Of a stretch of DNA of 32,947 nt, positions 1 to 9,918 are shown in pieces (the first letter of the stretch is position 1; each line of letters starts with the position of its first letter). Source of the stretch: a virus (taxonomy: Duplodnaviria; Caudoviricetes). A program made the translations under genes and the position numbers. The notes below the pieces were generated by a model. It ran no database searches. It had not been told where the DNA came from and saw only the letters and a program-made list of their open reading frames with translations. The DNA lies in IMG/VR virus record IMGVR_UViG_3300018050_000777, positions 1 through 32,947 of that record; one strand, given 5' to 3'.

Positions 1-1841
1 TGACCAAAATCCGCAGGCCTGTAAATTTCTGGGTTCATCCAGACAACAGGAACCAATTCTCCAGTGGCATGCTCCTTGACCAGCATGAAGGCACCTCGTC
101 CGTCCTTAGTGAGGGTAGACGAATCAAGGCCCTTGCTGGTGAGCAGGTCCTTCATCTGCTCGAACGGGAGCACGGAGCCCACCGCCTTACGCTTCTGATT
201 CGGGTCCATAATCAGGTGCAGGAACTGTGCCGTCTGCCTGATGTTGGCTGATGCCTTGGTGGACTTCGCTCGGTCCGTATCGGCCGCAAGAGTCCTAAAG
301 AACCCAGCCAGTTCTGGATTCTGCCTGTCCATGTGGGTCATGAACTGGGTGTCGAAATCCCTGACGTAGTTCTCGTGCTGGACGCCACCACTGACGTTGG
401 CCCACAGATGCCTGAAGGCACCACTGTATCCGCCCCATACCATGCCCATGGTGGCACCGCTTACCATGCCACGCTCCCTGTCGTTCATGTAGCCCAATCC
501 AGCGAAGAACAGAGAGTCCTTGTAGGCATGCTTCAGTGCCGCAGTGGACATCTGAAGGATGGGGTCAACAGTGACGTTGATTGCCTTGGCGGCGTTCTGA
601 GCCGAGCGGCTCATGAGTTTATTGCCAGCGACACGCTCGATGACAGTCAGGCCGTTTATTTGGTCAGCCGTGACGACGCCCTGAGCAAGAAGGGAGGCCT
701 GCTCGCCGAACTCGCCGAGCAACTCGGCGGTAGTCCTCAGGCCAAGAGAGCCTAGGTAGCCGACAGTCTGCCTGACCTCGCCAGCACCGATGTCCGCCAA
801 GCCGTTGACGGCCTGAGTAGCGGCCATGTTCCTAGCGTGTGCGGAATTAATCCCAGCCCTGCCAGCAATGGCGTCGATGTTGCCCCCCACGAGCCCTTCG
901 ACCATGTTGGCAGGGATGGAAATAGCCTTGGAAGCGGCCGTAGCCATCGTTCCAGTCGTACGCAGTGCGGCACCATGTGCCAGAGCGTCAAATTTCTTAC
1001 CAGCGTCAGTGAGCGTACCCATGACCCTAGCGTAAGCGGATGCCCTTGCGGCGGTCCTTGCCGTCGCCGTCGCCATGTTGGTGGCACCTGCTACACCGAG
1101 GGCCGCAGAGGCACCGCCAGTGAACGGAGCCGCAACCATCGAGCCAAGTTCCAGTCCCAAGAAGGACATGGCATGGGCCACTTTCGGGTTCCTGAAAGAC
1201 CGCAGGGTCTCTGCAGTGTCATTGTCCATGTTCACATAGGGTAGTGCCTCGTAAACGGACATGTCTCCCTGCATGATTTTGTTGCTATCCCAAAGGAACC
1301 TGCGGGCGTGGTTCCACTGTTCGGCTTCTTCACGCCAGTTCTTGGAGACCTTTCCGCTGGTGACCGCACCGATTAGCGACCTGAACTTGAACAGCGGGGA
1401 GGTAGGGTTTTCCGACTCTGCAAACATGCCGTACATGTCCCTGAGCGAACGGACGACACCCTCGGCCACGCCTCCAGCGACCTTGACGGGGTTCGGGTCT
1501 TCCACGATGCCCTCGACAAGGTGCATGGGGAGTTTTGCGATTTCGGAGCCAGTCTCACCGATGAGTTCAAGCCAATCGGTATGACGCTTGCCCATGCCTT
1601 CGACCAACTTCTCCCAGTGCTCCTTGGCGTCCTCCCTAGACAGGTCGATGCCCCTGTTGGGGTTAGTCTCGTACCATTTAGCGACGTCATTATCGACGCC
1701 TGCGTCACCCCATAGGTCTTCCTTGGGCTGTGACTGCTTAGGTTGCAGGCTCATCCTGCCTCCAGCGGCACGAATAGCGGCCGCATAAGCGGCCGTCTGG
1801 TTGTAGTCGTTGGGGTTCCTAGGGGATTGCGGGGCGTCCAT
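1..1841 (-). CDS. Large internal virion/ejection protein, truncated by left window edge (about 613 codons in window)
   Basis: Not in the ORF track because it runs off the edge. ATG at 1841-1839 overlaps the upstream TAA (TAATG). Reads MDAPQSPRNPNDYNQTAAYAAAIRAAGG... with Ala/Gly-rich segments. Lies at the end of the structural operon. Confidence 0.7.
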   Translation of the reverse strand, partial: MDAPQSPRNPNDYNQTAAYAAAIRAAGGRMSLQPKQSQPKEDLWGDAGVDNDVAKWYETNPNRGIDLSREDAKEHWEKLVEGMGKRHTDWLELIGETGSEIAKLPMHLVEGIVEDPNPVKVAGGVAEGVVRSLRDMYGMFAESENPTSPLFKFRSLIGAVTSGKVSKNWREEAEQWNHARRFLWDSNKIMQGDMSVYEALPYVNMDNDTAETLRSFRNPKVAHAMSFLGLELGSMVAAPFTGGASAALGVAGATNMATATARTAARASAYARVMGTLTDAGKKFDALAHGAALRTTGTMATAASKAISIPANMVEGLVGGNIDAIAGRAGINSAHARNMAATQAVNGLADIGAGEVRQTVGYLGSLGLRTTAELLGEFGEQASLLAQGVVTADQINGLTVIERVAGNKLMSRSAQNAAKAINVTVDPILQMSTAALKHAYKDSLFFAGLGYMNDRERGMVSGATMGMVWGGYSGAFRHLWANVSGGVQHENYVRDFDTQFMTHMDRQNPELAGFFRTLAADTDRAKSTKASANIRQTAQFLHLIMDPNQKRKAVGSVLPFEQMKDLLTSKGLDSSTLTKDGRGAFMLVKEHATGELVPVVWMNPEIYRPADFG

Positions 1842-2809
1842 TAATCAAAAGTAATGCTGTTGTTGTCCCAGATGCTGTTCTGGGTGGCCCTGTTACCTTC
1901 ATTGTCTTCGGCCAAGAAGTCCACTCCGTTCGCATTGGCAGTGCCCTTGAGTTTCTCCATGGTCATGGCCCTGACCCTCTTCAGGAGGTTCTTCTCATTG
2001 CCCTTGAACCTAGTGAACCAACTGGAGGCTCGCTGGGGGGTCATGGACTGGGCGAACGAGATGTCCTTGTCGGACACGTTGCCGCCTAGGCCCTTGGAGC
2101 CAGTCATGACCTTCATGAAGTCCTTGGTGATGGCCGTTTCCAAGGCACGGGCTTCCGTGGAAGCCTCGCTGTAGCCGAAGCCAGTCAGGATAGCCTCGTC
2201 GTTGTAAATTTTCTCCAGCCTAGACAGGTTTCCTAGGAGCATCTGGGTGTCCACCACCAGACCCCTGAAGGAGTCCGCCGCCTCGTCGCCGCCCTTGAAC
2301 GGGACGTTGGTCACGCCGTACTGGTTAGCGTAGGCATGGACGGGAAGGTCCTTCATTCCCTGAGGGGTGGCCACCTGCCTGCTACCCTTGGGGATGATAC
2401 GCCAAGTAGCCTTGGTGGGGGCGGCGTTCTTGTCGCCTCCCTCTGGGATTCCCATGTCGAACTCGTAGGGGTCGTACATCTGGAAGATGGCACGGCCGTT
2501 CTTTGAGCCAGTAAGAGCCGCCGCCGCCCCGAAGTCTTCGACGGCGTTGGCATAGAACTCGGCATCCTTGGCGAACATGGAGGGCTGTTCGGGGGCCTTT
2601 TGGCTCCCGCCGCCACCGCCCATGCCGCCCGTGGATTGACCGCCGCCACGCTTCTTACTCTGGAACAGGGGAGCCGCCTCGGAAAGAGGGTTCATGCCCA
2701 TCTGCTTGGCCATCATGGCCCGCTCAGGGTAGTAGTAACCTTCCTTCTTAGACTGACCCAGTACGTCCTGCGGGCTGACGTTGAACTCGTCGTTGAATCC
2801 AGAGTCCAT
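1841..2809 (-). CDS. Putative internal virion (ejection) protein, 322 aa
   Basis: Coupled ORF (TAATG both sides) with a Gly-rich linker and a helical C-terminus containing 'GNVSDKDI'; position after tail genes. Confidence 0.55.
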   Translation of the reverse strand: MDSGFNDEFNVSPQDVLGQSKKEGYYYPERAMMAKQMGMNPLSEAAPLFQSKKRGGGQSTGGMGGGGGSQKAPEQPSMFAKDAEFYANAVEDFGAAAALTGSKNGRAIFQMYDPYEFDMGIPEGGDKNAAPTKATWRIIPKGSRQVATPQGMKDLPVHAYANQYGVTNVPFKGGDEAADSFRGLVVDTQMLLGNLSRLEKIYNDEAILTGFGYSEASTEARALETAITKDFMKVMTGSKGLGGNVSDKDISFAQSMTPQRASSWFTRFKGNEKNLLKRVRAMTMEKLKGTANANGVDFLAEDNEGNRATQNSIWDNNSITFD

Positions 2810-3585
2810 TATTCATTGCCCTCTTCGTCTTCGTAGTCGTACTGGAGGGCTTGGAAGGAGGTCTGCTTGTCCTTGTTCTTAGAAGGGTTCATGACGACCA
2901 CTCGCTTCTTGCCATTTACGTTGGCAAGCCCCGGAAGTACGTAGGCTTCCTTGGCCGCTTGCTTCATCATTTCGGAGTCACCAGTCTTGGCTAACTCCTT
3001 CACCAAGATGTCATGCAACTGGCTGGCTCGGGACGGGTCCTGAATGACAGCGGCCCTGTACTTCTTGTACTTTTCCATGCCCATGCTTTCGATGGCGGTC
3101 TTTACCCACTGGGAATCCTTGGCCACCATATCGTAGACAGGGGCACTAAACTTCTTGGAGCCGCCCATGCGTTCCATCTGGAACTTCTCACGGGACTTCA
3201 CCATTTCATCGCTGGACATGGGATTCTTGACGCCATTGGCATCACGGGGATTAACGTCTCCGCCAGCGGACATCTTGTATCCAAGAGTGCCAGCACCAGC
3301 AAGGCCGACGCCCTGTGCGGCATAGCCAGCACCAGTAAGGGGTCTCAGCACATTCGGGTCGAGTGGCATGTCGGTGTGAGACTCGTACCCAGTCGAATGC
3401 GGGTTAAACCTATAGGAACTCGGACGTGCACCTCTAGTGCGAATGCCAAGGCCACGTGCGATGTCTTCAGTATAAGAGCCAGGATTTAGCCTATTATCGG
3501 AAAAGAAATCGGCGATGGTTTTGCCAAGTTTGTTCTTCCTTAGGCCTTGGCGAAGGCCCTTAACGGATTTGCTGATAATGCCCAT
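2809..3585 (-). CDS. Putative internal virion protein, 258 aa
   Basis: Basic amphipathic N-terminus and a Gly/Ala hydrophobic stretch (GAGYAAQGVGLAGAGTLGY); operon context. Confidence 0.5.
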   Translation of the reverse strand: MGIISKSVKGLRQGLRKNKLGKTIADFFSDNRLNPGSYTEDIARGLGIRTRGARPSSYRFNPHSTGYESHTDMPLDPNVLRPLTGAGYAAQGVGLAGAGTLGYKMSAGGDVNPRDANGVKNPMSSDEMVKSREKFQMERMGGSKKFSAPVYDMVAKDSQWVKTAIESMGMEKYKKYRAAVIQDPSRASQLHDILVKELAKTGDSEMMKQAAKEAYVLPGLANVNGKKRVVVMNPSKNKDKQTSFQALQYDYEDEEGNE

Positions 3586-3591
3586 GTTAGT

Positions 3592-5583
3592 TTAGATTTG
3601 GTTTCCGAAAGGAATATTTGGGTACTGGTAGCCCTGACCTTGAATCCTTTGCTTGGACCTCTTCATGGGCTTCACAAGTGGCAGGCCTCCGCCCTGAGTC
3701 ATCATCGGGCCAGTCTGAGTTGGGTCTATGACAACCTGCGGCCTAGCGGAGCGGCTTAATTCCATTGGTACGCTAAGTCGGCCCATGTTCCTTACTGCGG
3801 AGACTGGGTCAAAAGTGTTCGTCGGTGCCATTGCGGCATCTGAAACCCTCTTGTTTGCGTAGAAGGTGGCCCTAGCCTTCCTCAGAGGGCCGAAGTCAAT
3901 GTTCTCTGGGCCGTTGGTAGGACCAATCGGGTCAAACGGGTCGCTGGTGGGGGGCTTGAGTCCAGTCATCCTGACCCTGTCTGCCGTAGCATTGTAGTCT
4001 GGCTTCTCCCAAGAGAACGTGGGTTCTGGGGTCGGAGTCACTGGCTCTGGGTAGTTGTTGGTGCCATCAAGTGCACCGCTCTGCTTAAAGGCGTCATAAC
4101 TATCCCAAGTGTTTTCTTGAATGTCCCTGAACGCACCAGTCAGAGGATTTTCACCGCCACGCTCTCCTCTGTCAAATTCGCCTCCCGCACCCCAAGCCTT
4201 CTGATATGCCTTCTTTCTAGCCTCTTCGAGGCCGTATCCGTTGTTAATCGCATGCGACCTCGAATGACCTCCACGAATCATGGCGGCATTAAACGCCGAG
4301 TTGGGGTCCTTCATTGCGGCCGCAAGGTCGGCGTCGTTCTGGGTAGCGGTCCTGATGTTCTTGCTCGCAAGGTATTCTTGCTGAAGTTGTGCGGTTGTTT
4401 TTGGCTGTGCCGCACTGGCGGCTACGGCCGCAGGGGTAGCGGCAGAGGTAGCGGCAGGAGTGGCCGCAGGGGTAGCGGCAGAGGTAGCGGCCTGCTGTCG
4501 CACGAGGTCAGCCACGGGGGCTTGGCTGTTGAGGCCAGAGTCCCCGAATTCAACCTGCCTGTATTCGTCTTCTGAAATCCATCGCCTTCCGTCAGGGCTA
4601 ATGTAGTTGCTCATCAACTCCTCTGGGGAGTTTTTTGGAAGATTAGGGTTTGCCGACGTTACGCCAGTAGACGGGTCACGCACCCTAGCAGGCTCATTTC
4701 CAAGAATGCCAGTAACGAACTGCCTGAACTGAGCCTTGCCAGCATCAGAGGTAAAGTCCCTGCCCTTGTACGTGTCCCTGTATAGGCTGTGGATTTGGTC
4801 AAAATAGCGGGAGTTCTTCCTGTATCCAGCAGGTGCGGCCTTGAGTGCCGCAAGTTTTTCCTCTGGGGTCTTTGCCTTGTCATAAACGTCATTACGCCAG
4901 ACGGCAAATTCCTTCCTGTCATTTTCAGACCTAAAGCGTACTGGATTCTTCCCACCTGTTTGGGTGGCAACATGGTCTCCGCCGATGGCGTAGTCTTTCT
5001 TTCTGCCCCCAGTGATGTAACCCCAAGGGTCGTCAGTGAAATCTACTGACTCGGCCTGACCTGTGGAGTTTTCCTTTCCGTAAAGTTCATCTAGGGTGGG
5101 TGCGTCCATTTCAAACCCAGTGTCCTCTTTGATTCTGGACCTGTTTACCTTGCCCTGCTGGTACTGGCGAATAATCTCAGCGGTGTTGTTGGAAATCGCA
5201 GACTTCTTATCTCCGCCCACAAAGGGCGTGATAAGGCCTCCGATAAGGCCTCCAACGCCACCCATCTCAAGGCCAGACTCAAGAGGGGAGAATGGCATGT
5301 TAGTGCCACGCTCCATGTGTTGCCTGTATTCTTCTTCACTGACTTGATTAGGACCATTTCCGACCACGCCCTCTGCCTTCAGTTTTTCAAGCAATGCGTC
5401 TTGGTTTTTGTCATCGCCACCAAACATTGCCTCTGCCCCGATTGCCAATGGAATGCTTGCACCTGCGGCCCATTTTTGGCCCTTAGGGCTAAGGACTTTG
5501 GCAAGCAAAGGACTGCTGGCCGACCTGTCTTTCAGTAGGCTCGCAGTTTGCTTGGCTACCCACTTGCCGATTGCTTTTCTCAT
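3592..5583 (-). CDS. Putative internal virion/ejection protein, 663 aa
   Basis: Long ORF with a glycine-zipper (GGVGGLIGGLI), AATP/AATS linker and low-complexity regions; ATGA overlap with the upstream gene. Confidence 0.55.
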   Translation of the reverse strand: MRKAIGKWVAKQTASLLKDRSASSPLLAKVLSPKGQKWAAGASIPLAIGAEAMFGGDDKNQDALLEKLKAEGVVGNGPNQVSEEEYRQHMERGTNMPFSPLESGLEMGGVGGLIGGLITPFVGGDKKSAISNNTAEIIRQYQQGKVNRSRIKEDTGFEMDAPTLDELYGKENSTGQAESVDFTDDPWGYITGGRKKDYAIGGDHVATQTGGKNPVRFRSENDRKEFAVWRNDVYDKAKTPEEKLAALKAAPAGYRKNSRYFDQIHSLYRDTYKGRDFTSDAGKAQFRQFVTGILGNEPARVRDPSTGVTSANPNLPKNSPEELMSNYISPDGRRWISEDEYRQVEFGDSGLNSQAPVADLVRQQAATSAATPAATPAATSAATPAAVAASAAQPKTTAQLQQEYLASKNIRTATQNDADLAAAMKDPNSAFNAAMIRGGHSRSHAINNGYGLEEARKKAYQKAWGAGGEFDRGERGGENPLTGAFRDIQENTWDSYDAFKQSGALDGTNNYPEPVTPTPEPTFSWEKPDYNATADRVRMTGLKPPTSDPFDPIGPTNGPENIDFGPLRKARATFYANKRVSDAAMAPTNTFDPVSAVRNMGRLSVPMELSRSARPQVVIDPTQTGPMMTQGGGLPLVKPMKRSKQRIQGQGYQYPNIPFGNQI
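4426..4491. repeat. 12-bp-unit tandem repeat encoding AATS/AATP linker
   Basis: ggccgcaggggtagcggcagaggtagcggc occurs twice, 36 bp apart. Confidence 0.85.
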
Positions 5584-6179
5584 GAATTTTCTTCGACGTC
5601 GTCGTCGTATTCCGAGTCGGCACCGCTACGCTTCTTGGGAGCGGGCTTTTTGTCTCGGGCTGGGGTGGGAGGACCGCCCTCATACTGAACGCCTAGGCTA
5701 CCGAGGGTGCCTTGGCTGATGGGGTCATTGATGCCGTACTCTTCAATGTAGTCCAGATATCCCTTATCGTGGGACATGCTCTTTCTGGACCTGTCGGACA
5801 GCATCTTGATGGTGCGAACGGCCTGCTTGTACTCAGGGCTGTCAGGGGCGTAACTTTGAAGGACGTTTTGAGACCAGTCCATCATGGCGGCTTCACGGCC
5901 ACCCATCTCGTCGGACATGTACTGCTCCTTTGCGGCGAGTTCTTCATCGCCGACGTCCTGCATCATCCTCCCCCTGAATTCTTCAAGGGCCAAGGTTTTC
6001 GACAGGGAGTCAGCCTCCGCCTGCCGCATGCCAAGCCTCCTGCTTACGCCAGAAAGGCCCTGCTGGGCCATTCCAGAAGCCATGCCCATGGCACCTTGGA
6101 GGGTCGGGTTGTCTTGGGCGAGGGCGGCGTTGAGGGCGTCCCTGTTGCCCTTGTAGTCTCCTAGGGATAGTTGTTGCAT
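5580..6179 (-). CDS. Hypothetical virion protein, about 199 aa
   Basis: Likely start MQQLSLGDY, just after the stop of 6181..6885. Helical, with an acidic tail. Confidence 0.55.
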   Translation of the reverse strand: MQQLSLGDYKGNRDALNAALAQDNPTLQGAMGMASGMAQQGLSGVSRRLGMRQAEADSLSKTLALEEFRGRMMQDVGDEELAAKEQYMSDEMGGREAAMMDWSQNVLQSYAPDSPEYKQAVRTIKMLSDRSRKSMSHDKGYLDYIEEYGINDPISQGTLGSLGVQYEGGPPTPARDKKPAPKKRSGADSEYDDDVEENS

Positions 6180-6180
6180 G

Positions 6181-6885
6181 TTAAATTGCTCCAGCGGCGG
6201 CTCCCTGAGCGTGTAGAGAAGCAAACATGACTGTTTGGTCTACTGGGGTCGGGTTGGTTCCAACATTAGCCATAGCACCAGTAAGGTGAGCGGCGGCGGC
6301 TTGGGACTGACGAATCTGTTGAGCACGGATTTCGCCAGCGGAATAAGCCTCAACGGAGGAGGCACAGGCGTCTGCCACTAGTTGGGACTCGATAGGCACG
6401 ACCAGAGGCATGCCAGAGGTAGCCTGATAAGTCAGCCCCATCAGGGACTGGGCCAGCCTAGAGGCAGACTCGTGCACCATGAGTTGCTTTTCCTGCGTGG
6501 CTAGGTTGCTGTACAGGGCTACGCTGGCGTGGCCACCGCCAGTAGCCGCACTCATTCCAGCCAAAAATTGGTCATAGGCTACGTTGGGAGTAACTGGGGT
6601 GCCGCCATATACGTCGTTCTTAACCAGCGTCAGCAGGTTTTGGTACTCGGCCCTAGCCGTGGTCGCCAAGGTCGAGACGACATCATTGTACCTAGTTTTG
6701 AGCGTGGTTCCGATGCTCAACTCCGCCGCCGCCCAATCGCCAGTGGGGGCGACGATGTTCTTGAGGAGGGCGGAGGTATACTCCAACTCCTTTTTCGGGT
6801 CACGGGTGGCAAATACGAATCCAGTACCAGCGTAGTTGGCGTATGGCTTGGACGGGTAAGGTCCGTTGTCGGCGGGTAATGCCAT
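6181..6885 (-). CDS. Hypothetical virion protein, 234 aa, Ala-rich
   Basis: TAATG coupling to the nozzle-like gene; helical Ala-rich sequence. Confidence 0.55.
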   Translation of the reverse strand: MALPADNGPYPSKPYANYAGTGFVFATRDPKKELEYTSALLKNIVAPTGDWAAAELSIGTTLKTRYNDVVSTLATTARAEYQNLLTLVKNDVYGGTPVTPNVAYDQFLAGMSAATGGGHASVALYSNLATQEKQLMVHESASRLAQSLMGLTYQATSGMPLVVPIESQLVADACASSVEAYSAGEIRAQQIRQSQAAAAHLTGAMANVGTNPTPVDQTVMFASLHAQGAAAGAI

Positions 6886-8318
6886 TAGAAGACGTTAAAA
6901 ATAGAGCGTCCAGCGATACTGCCGTCCACTGTGAACGAATAAAACAACGGCTTCCCTGACTTTACAACGACTTCCAGCATGAGCCCTGTACACTTTTTCC
7001 CAGCCAAAGCACGTCGAACCGCTTGGCCTACGTTGCCGTTTAGTTGGTCGAGCAGTATCCTAGAGTCAGGATTGATGGTGTTGATGTAGAATTCGACCTC
7101 AGCAGGGCCTTTTGTGTCTAGCGACAGGGTGCATGCGTCGTACCTCTTGTCGAAGTCTGTCCTAAAATTGTAGTTACGGGACTTGAACGAGGATTGGAAG
7201 GGCGTTCCAGCGTCGTTTGTGCCCGATTCCAGTTGGTAAATGTCCCCGAACTTAGAGACAGCCCACAAGCAAACCACCCCGCTTGAGTTCCTAGCCGTCA
7301 TTATGGACGCAATCTCGAACGGGTATTCGTCCACGGATTCAAACATGCTGGGCAAAAGAGGGTTGATGACCAAGATTCTTGTCATGTTGTTGTCTGTCTG
7401 GTTCGGAAGAAGCAGGTAATACCTGCCCATGTAGGCCACACCGACGGCCTTTTGCATTTTGGCGGCGGGGACGTCCTGCAGGAGGTTCTCAATTTGGTTG
7501 GAAATCGGTCCCTGCCCCTCAACAAAGCCCTTTGAGGTGTCGATGGAGTAGATGCCATCATGGCCAAGATAGAAAATCTGACCTGCGACCTCGGCAATGC
7601 TGTCCTTTGCCAGTATCCCCTCTTGAGAGGTGAGAAGATTTACCTTGTGGAAATGGTCCCCCGTCGGTTTCCCAGAATCAAGGCTCATGGACGTAAAGCC
7701 AAGCGTGACTTCATAGACCGAACGGGTGCCGAAGGCGTAAAGTTTACGTGTGGCGTTGGAATAGTGTATGGCCTGAACCTTGTCGTAGGTGCCCTGTATC
7801 AAGGACACAGTATCTCCATTGAACGGCTGTAATCCTCCGAATAAAGTAAGCCACAGTTGGTCGTTTTTGGCGTAAGCCAGACGACCCAAGACATTAGCAC
7901 AAGCAGTGAAGTCAGCGTCACCGCTCCAATTTGCGGCATTGGAAGCCTCAATGGTGGCTAAGGTCTGGTAGCCTTGACCTCTGGCTTTCCTATATGACCT
8001 AGGGCCATCCGTTACCGCCAGCATTCCAGTCGGTTGCGTGGTGCGGTAGCGAGACACCGACTCGCCAGTAGCCCCCCTCCACATGTAAATGTTATCTTCC
8101 AATGACCCATGGCCCGCCGCCGCAAACTGGACCTCCGTAACGCCAGTGTTAGTCAGGACCTTTGTGCACCCAAGCCTAGGCGTGAGTACGCCCTCTAGAA
8201 TGCGGACATTCTTGCACTCCGTGAGTAGGCCCTTTTGCGGGTCCAGCGACGCTGGGTTCGGGTAGGATGAGAACCCTCCGAATGAAAGTTCTCCGTCTTG
8301 TTGGAATTCTCTAGGCAT
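6885..8318 (-). CDS. Tail nozzle / packaged-DNA stabilization-like protein (P22 gp10 / tail tubular B-like), 477 aa
   Basis: N-terminal 'FGG...CKNVRILEGVLTPRLG', central beta-propeller-like motifs ('GILAKDSIAEVAGQIFYLGHDGIYSI', 'PISNQI', 'YYLLLP') and C-terminal 'FKSRNYNF..KRY'. Confidence 0.7.
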   Translation of the reverse strand: MPREFQQDGELSFGGFSSYPNPASLDPQKGLLTECKNVRILEGVLTPRLGCTKVLTNTGVTEVQFAAAGHGSLEDNIYMWRGATGESVSRYRTTQPTGMLAVTDGPRSYRKARGQGYQTLATIEASNAANWSGDADFTACANVLGRLAYAKNDQLWLTLFGGLQPFNGDTVSLIQGTYDKVQAIHYSNATRKLYAFGTRSVYEVTLGFTSMSLDSGKPTGDHFHKVNLLTSQEGILAKDSIAEVAGQIFYLGHDGIYSIDTSKGFVEGQGPISNQIENLLQDVPAAKMQKAVGVAYMGRYYLLLPNQTDNNMTRILVINPLLPSMFESVDEYPFEIASIMTARNSSGVVCLWAVSKFGDIYQLESGTNDAGTPFQSSFKSRNYNFRTDFDKRYDACTLSLDTKGPAEVEFYINTINPDSRILLDQLNGNVGQAVRRALAGKKCTGLMLEVVVKSGKPLFYSFTVDGSIAGRSIFNVF

Positions 8319-9918
8319 TGGTGATGGATTCTATCCAGAAGTCTTTAATGTAGGTTACTTTGCCGTCAAAAGACGGGATTTCAATGTCGTAAGTGTCGGT
8401 CCACTCTTCGCCGATGGTCTTGGTTACGTAGACGACGCTTTCAAACTCGGAGGTTGTGAAGATTGGCCTGACCATGGTCCCGTAATAGGCCCAGTGCATG
8501 TATGGACCCAGTTCATTCGGCTGTGGGCAATTGTGGTTCTCAAAATAGTGGATACCCCTGCCAGCGGTAAATCCCCTATCCCCTGAGCGACCATGGCCGT
8601 AACCCTTTAGTTTGCAGTTCCTGTACTGGGTGGTCGGAGACTGCTGTCCTAGGTCTTCATAGGGAGGGACGGCACTCTTGAGGTTGGCCCTGTAAATCTT
8701 GATGCCGAAAGTGATTCGCTTGCCAGCAGGGCCACAGCATGTCGGGTCTGGCCTGTACTCGCACTTGATTTTCCACCTAGATTTGACGTCGTAAGTGCTC
8801 CGAGTGTCAAAAGGGTAGTCAAACTCGTAGGTTTTGTACTCGGTCCACTCTGGAATGGTATAGGAACCGCTTTCGGTGATTTCCTCAGAGTACCCAGTCG
8901 GAACATACCATTCTTCAATTCCGTCCCCGTTCTCATCAGCCCAGTATGGTGGGTAGTCTGGGAGATTGGCATACTCCCCTTCGTCTGGCGGGTATGACTC
9001 AACGTAGCCAGTAAAATACCAAACAGTGTAAGTGTAAGACCAGTAAACAGTTTCTTCTGGGTGAAGTATGCCAGTGCTGTCGGTAATCCTCCACGGACCC
9101 CACTCGGGCCTGTTGATTTGGAAACTGAAGTCATACCACACCCTTTGATGAGTGGTCATTCCTTCATAGCCACCACCCTCGGGGAAGTCAGACAATTCCA
9201 CCATAGACTTGTACCAAGGGCAGATGAAGGCAGTCGTGGTCGGGCAGGCCTGAGTCTCATAAGGAACGACTTCTGGGTCTTCGTACTCGGTGTCGTCTTT
9301 CCAGCGTGGGTAAATTGGCTCCTCGCCGCCATTGTTATCGGCGTATAGGGTCGTCTGCTGAGAGGGCTGAAGGGAATTACGCAATTGGGCACAGTAAAGG
9401 TCGAACAGGTTCTGTGCCTCGGCCCTAGCGGAGTTTTCGTCGTAGGTTTCTGGGGTGGTTCCATTGACGCTATTCCAGTCCTCTGGATGACCTTCGTCGA
9501 TGGTCTCAAAGTCATAAGTGTAAACGAGAAAGTCTGTTACGCACTCCGCTGGCTCAAGCCATACAGTCATCCATGATGGCAAATCATCCTGAGGGTCTTC
9601 GTCGTAAGCACAAGTTACCCGATGCGTGGTTGTGGTTATGTCGTAAGGCTCGGAACCGCCATCCAACGTTCCCTGAACGATTAGCAACAACTGCCTAGGG
9701 AAATTGGCAAAATAGTGGTGGTTGCCCTTGTGTGGCGACTCGGGATGCCTTTCAAAGATATCACTCTTGTCGCCAGTGCACAGGTGCTCGTGCCACCTAA
9801 GTAGGTGCCTGTCTTCTTCAACCTCCAAGGTCTCGCTACCATCTGGGAATACTTTGCCCTCGCTCTCGGCCCTTCCGAGTTCGCAGATTAAGCCGACGAC
9901 TCTGTGGGGTAGGGCCAT
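8311..9918 (-). CDS. Hypothetical tail-associated protein, 535 aa, very acidic, Tyr/Trp/Cys-rich
   Basis: Coupled ORF within the tail module; composition only. Confidence 0.5.
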   Translation of the reverse strand: MALPHRVVGLICELGRAESEGKVFPDGSETLEVEEDRHLLRWHEHLCTGDKSDIFERHPESPHKGNHHYFANFPRQLLLIVQGTLDGGSEPYDITTTTHRVTCAYDEDPQDDLPSWMTVWLEPAECVTDFLVYTYDFETIDEGHPEDWNSVNGTTPETYDENSARAEAQNLFDLYCAQLRNSLQPSQQTTLYADNNGGEEPIYPRWKDDTEYEDPEVVPYETQACPTTTAFICPWYKSMVELSDFPEGGGYEGMTTHQRVWYDFSFQINRPEWGPWRITDSTGILHPEETVYWSYTYTVWYFTGYVESYPPDEGEYANLPDYPPYWADENGDGIEEWYVPTGYSEEITESGSYTIPEWTEYKTYEFDYPFDTRSTYDVKSRWKIKCEYRPDPTCCGPAGKRITFGIKIYRANLKSAVPPYEDLGQQSPTTQYRNCKLKGYGHGRSGDRGFTAGRGIHYFENHNCPQPNELGPYMHWAYYGTMVRPIFTTSEFESVVYVTKTIGEEWTDTYDIEIPSFDGKVTYIKDFWIESITNA

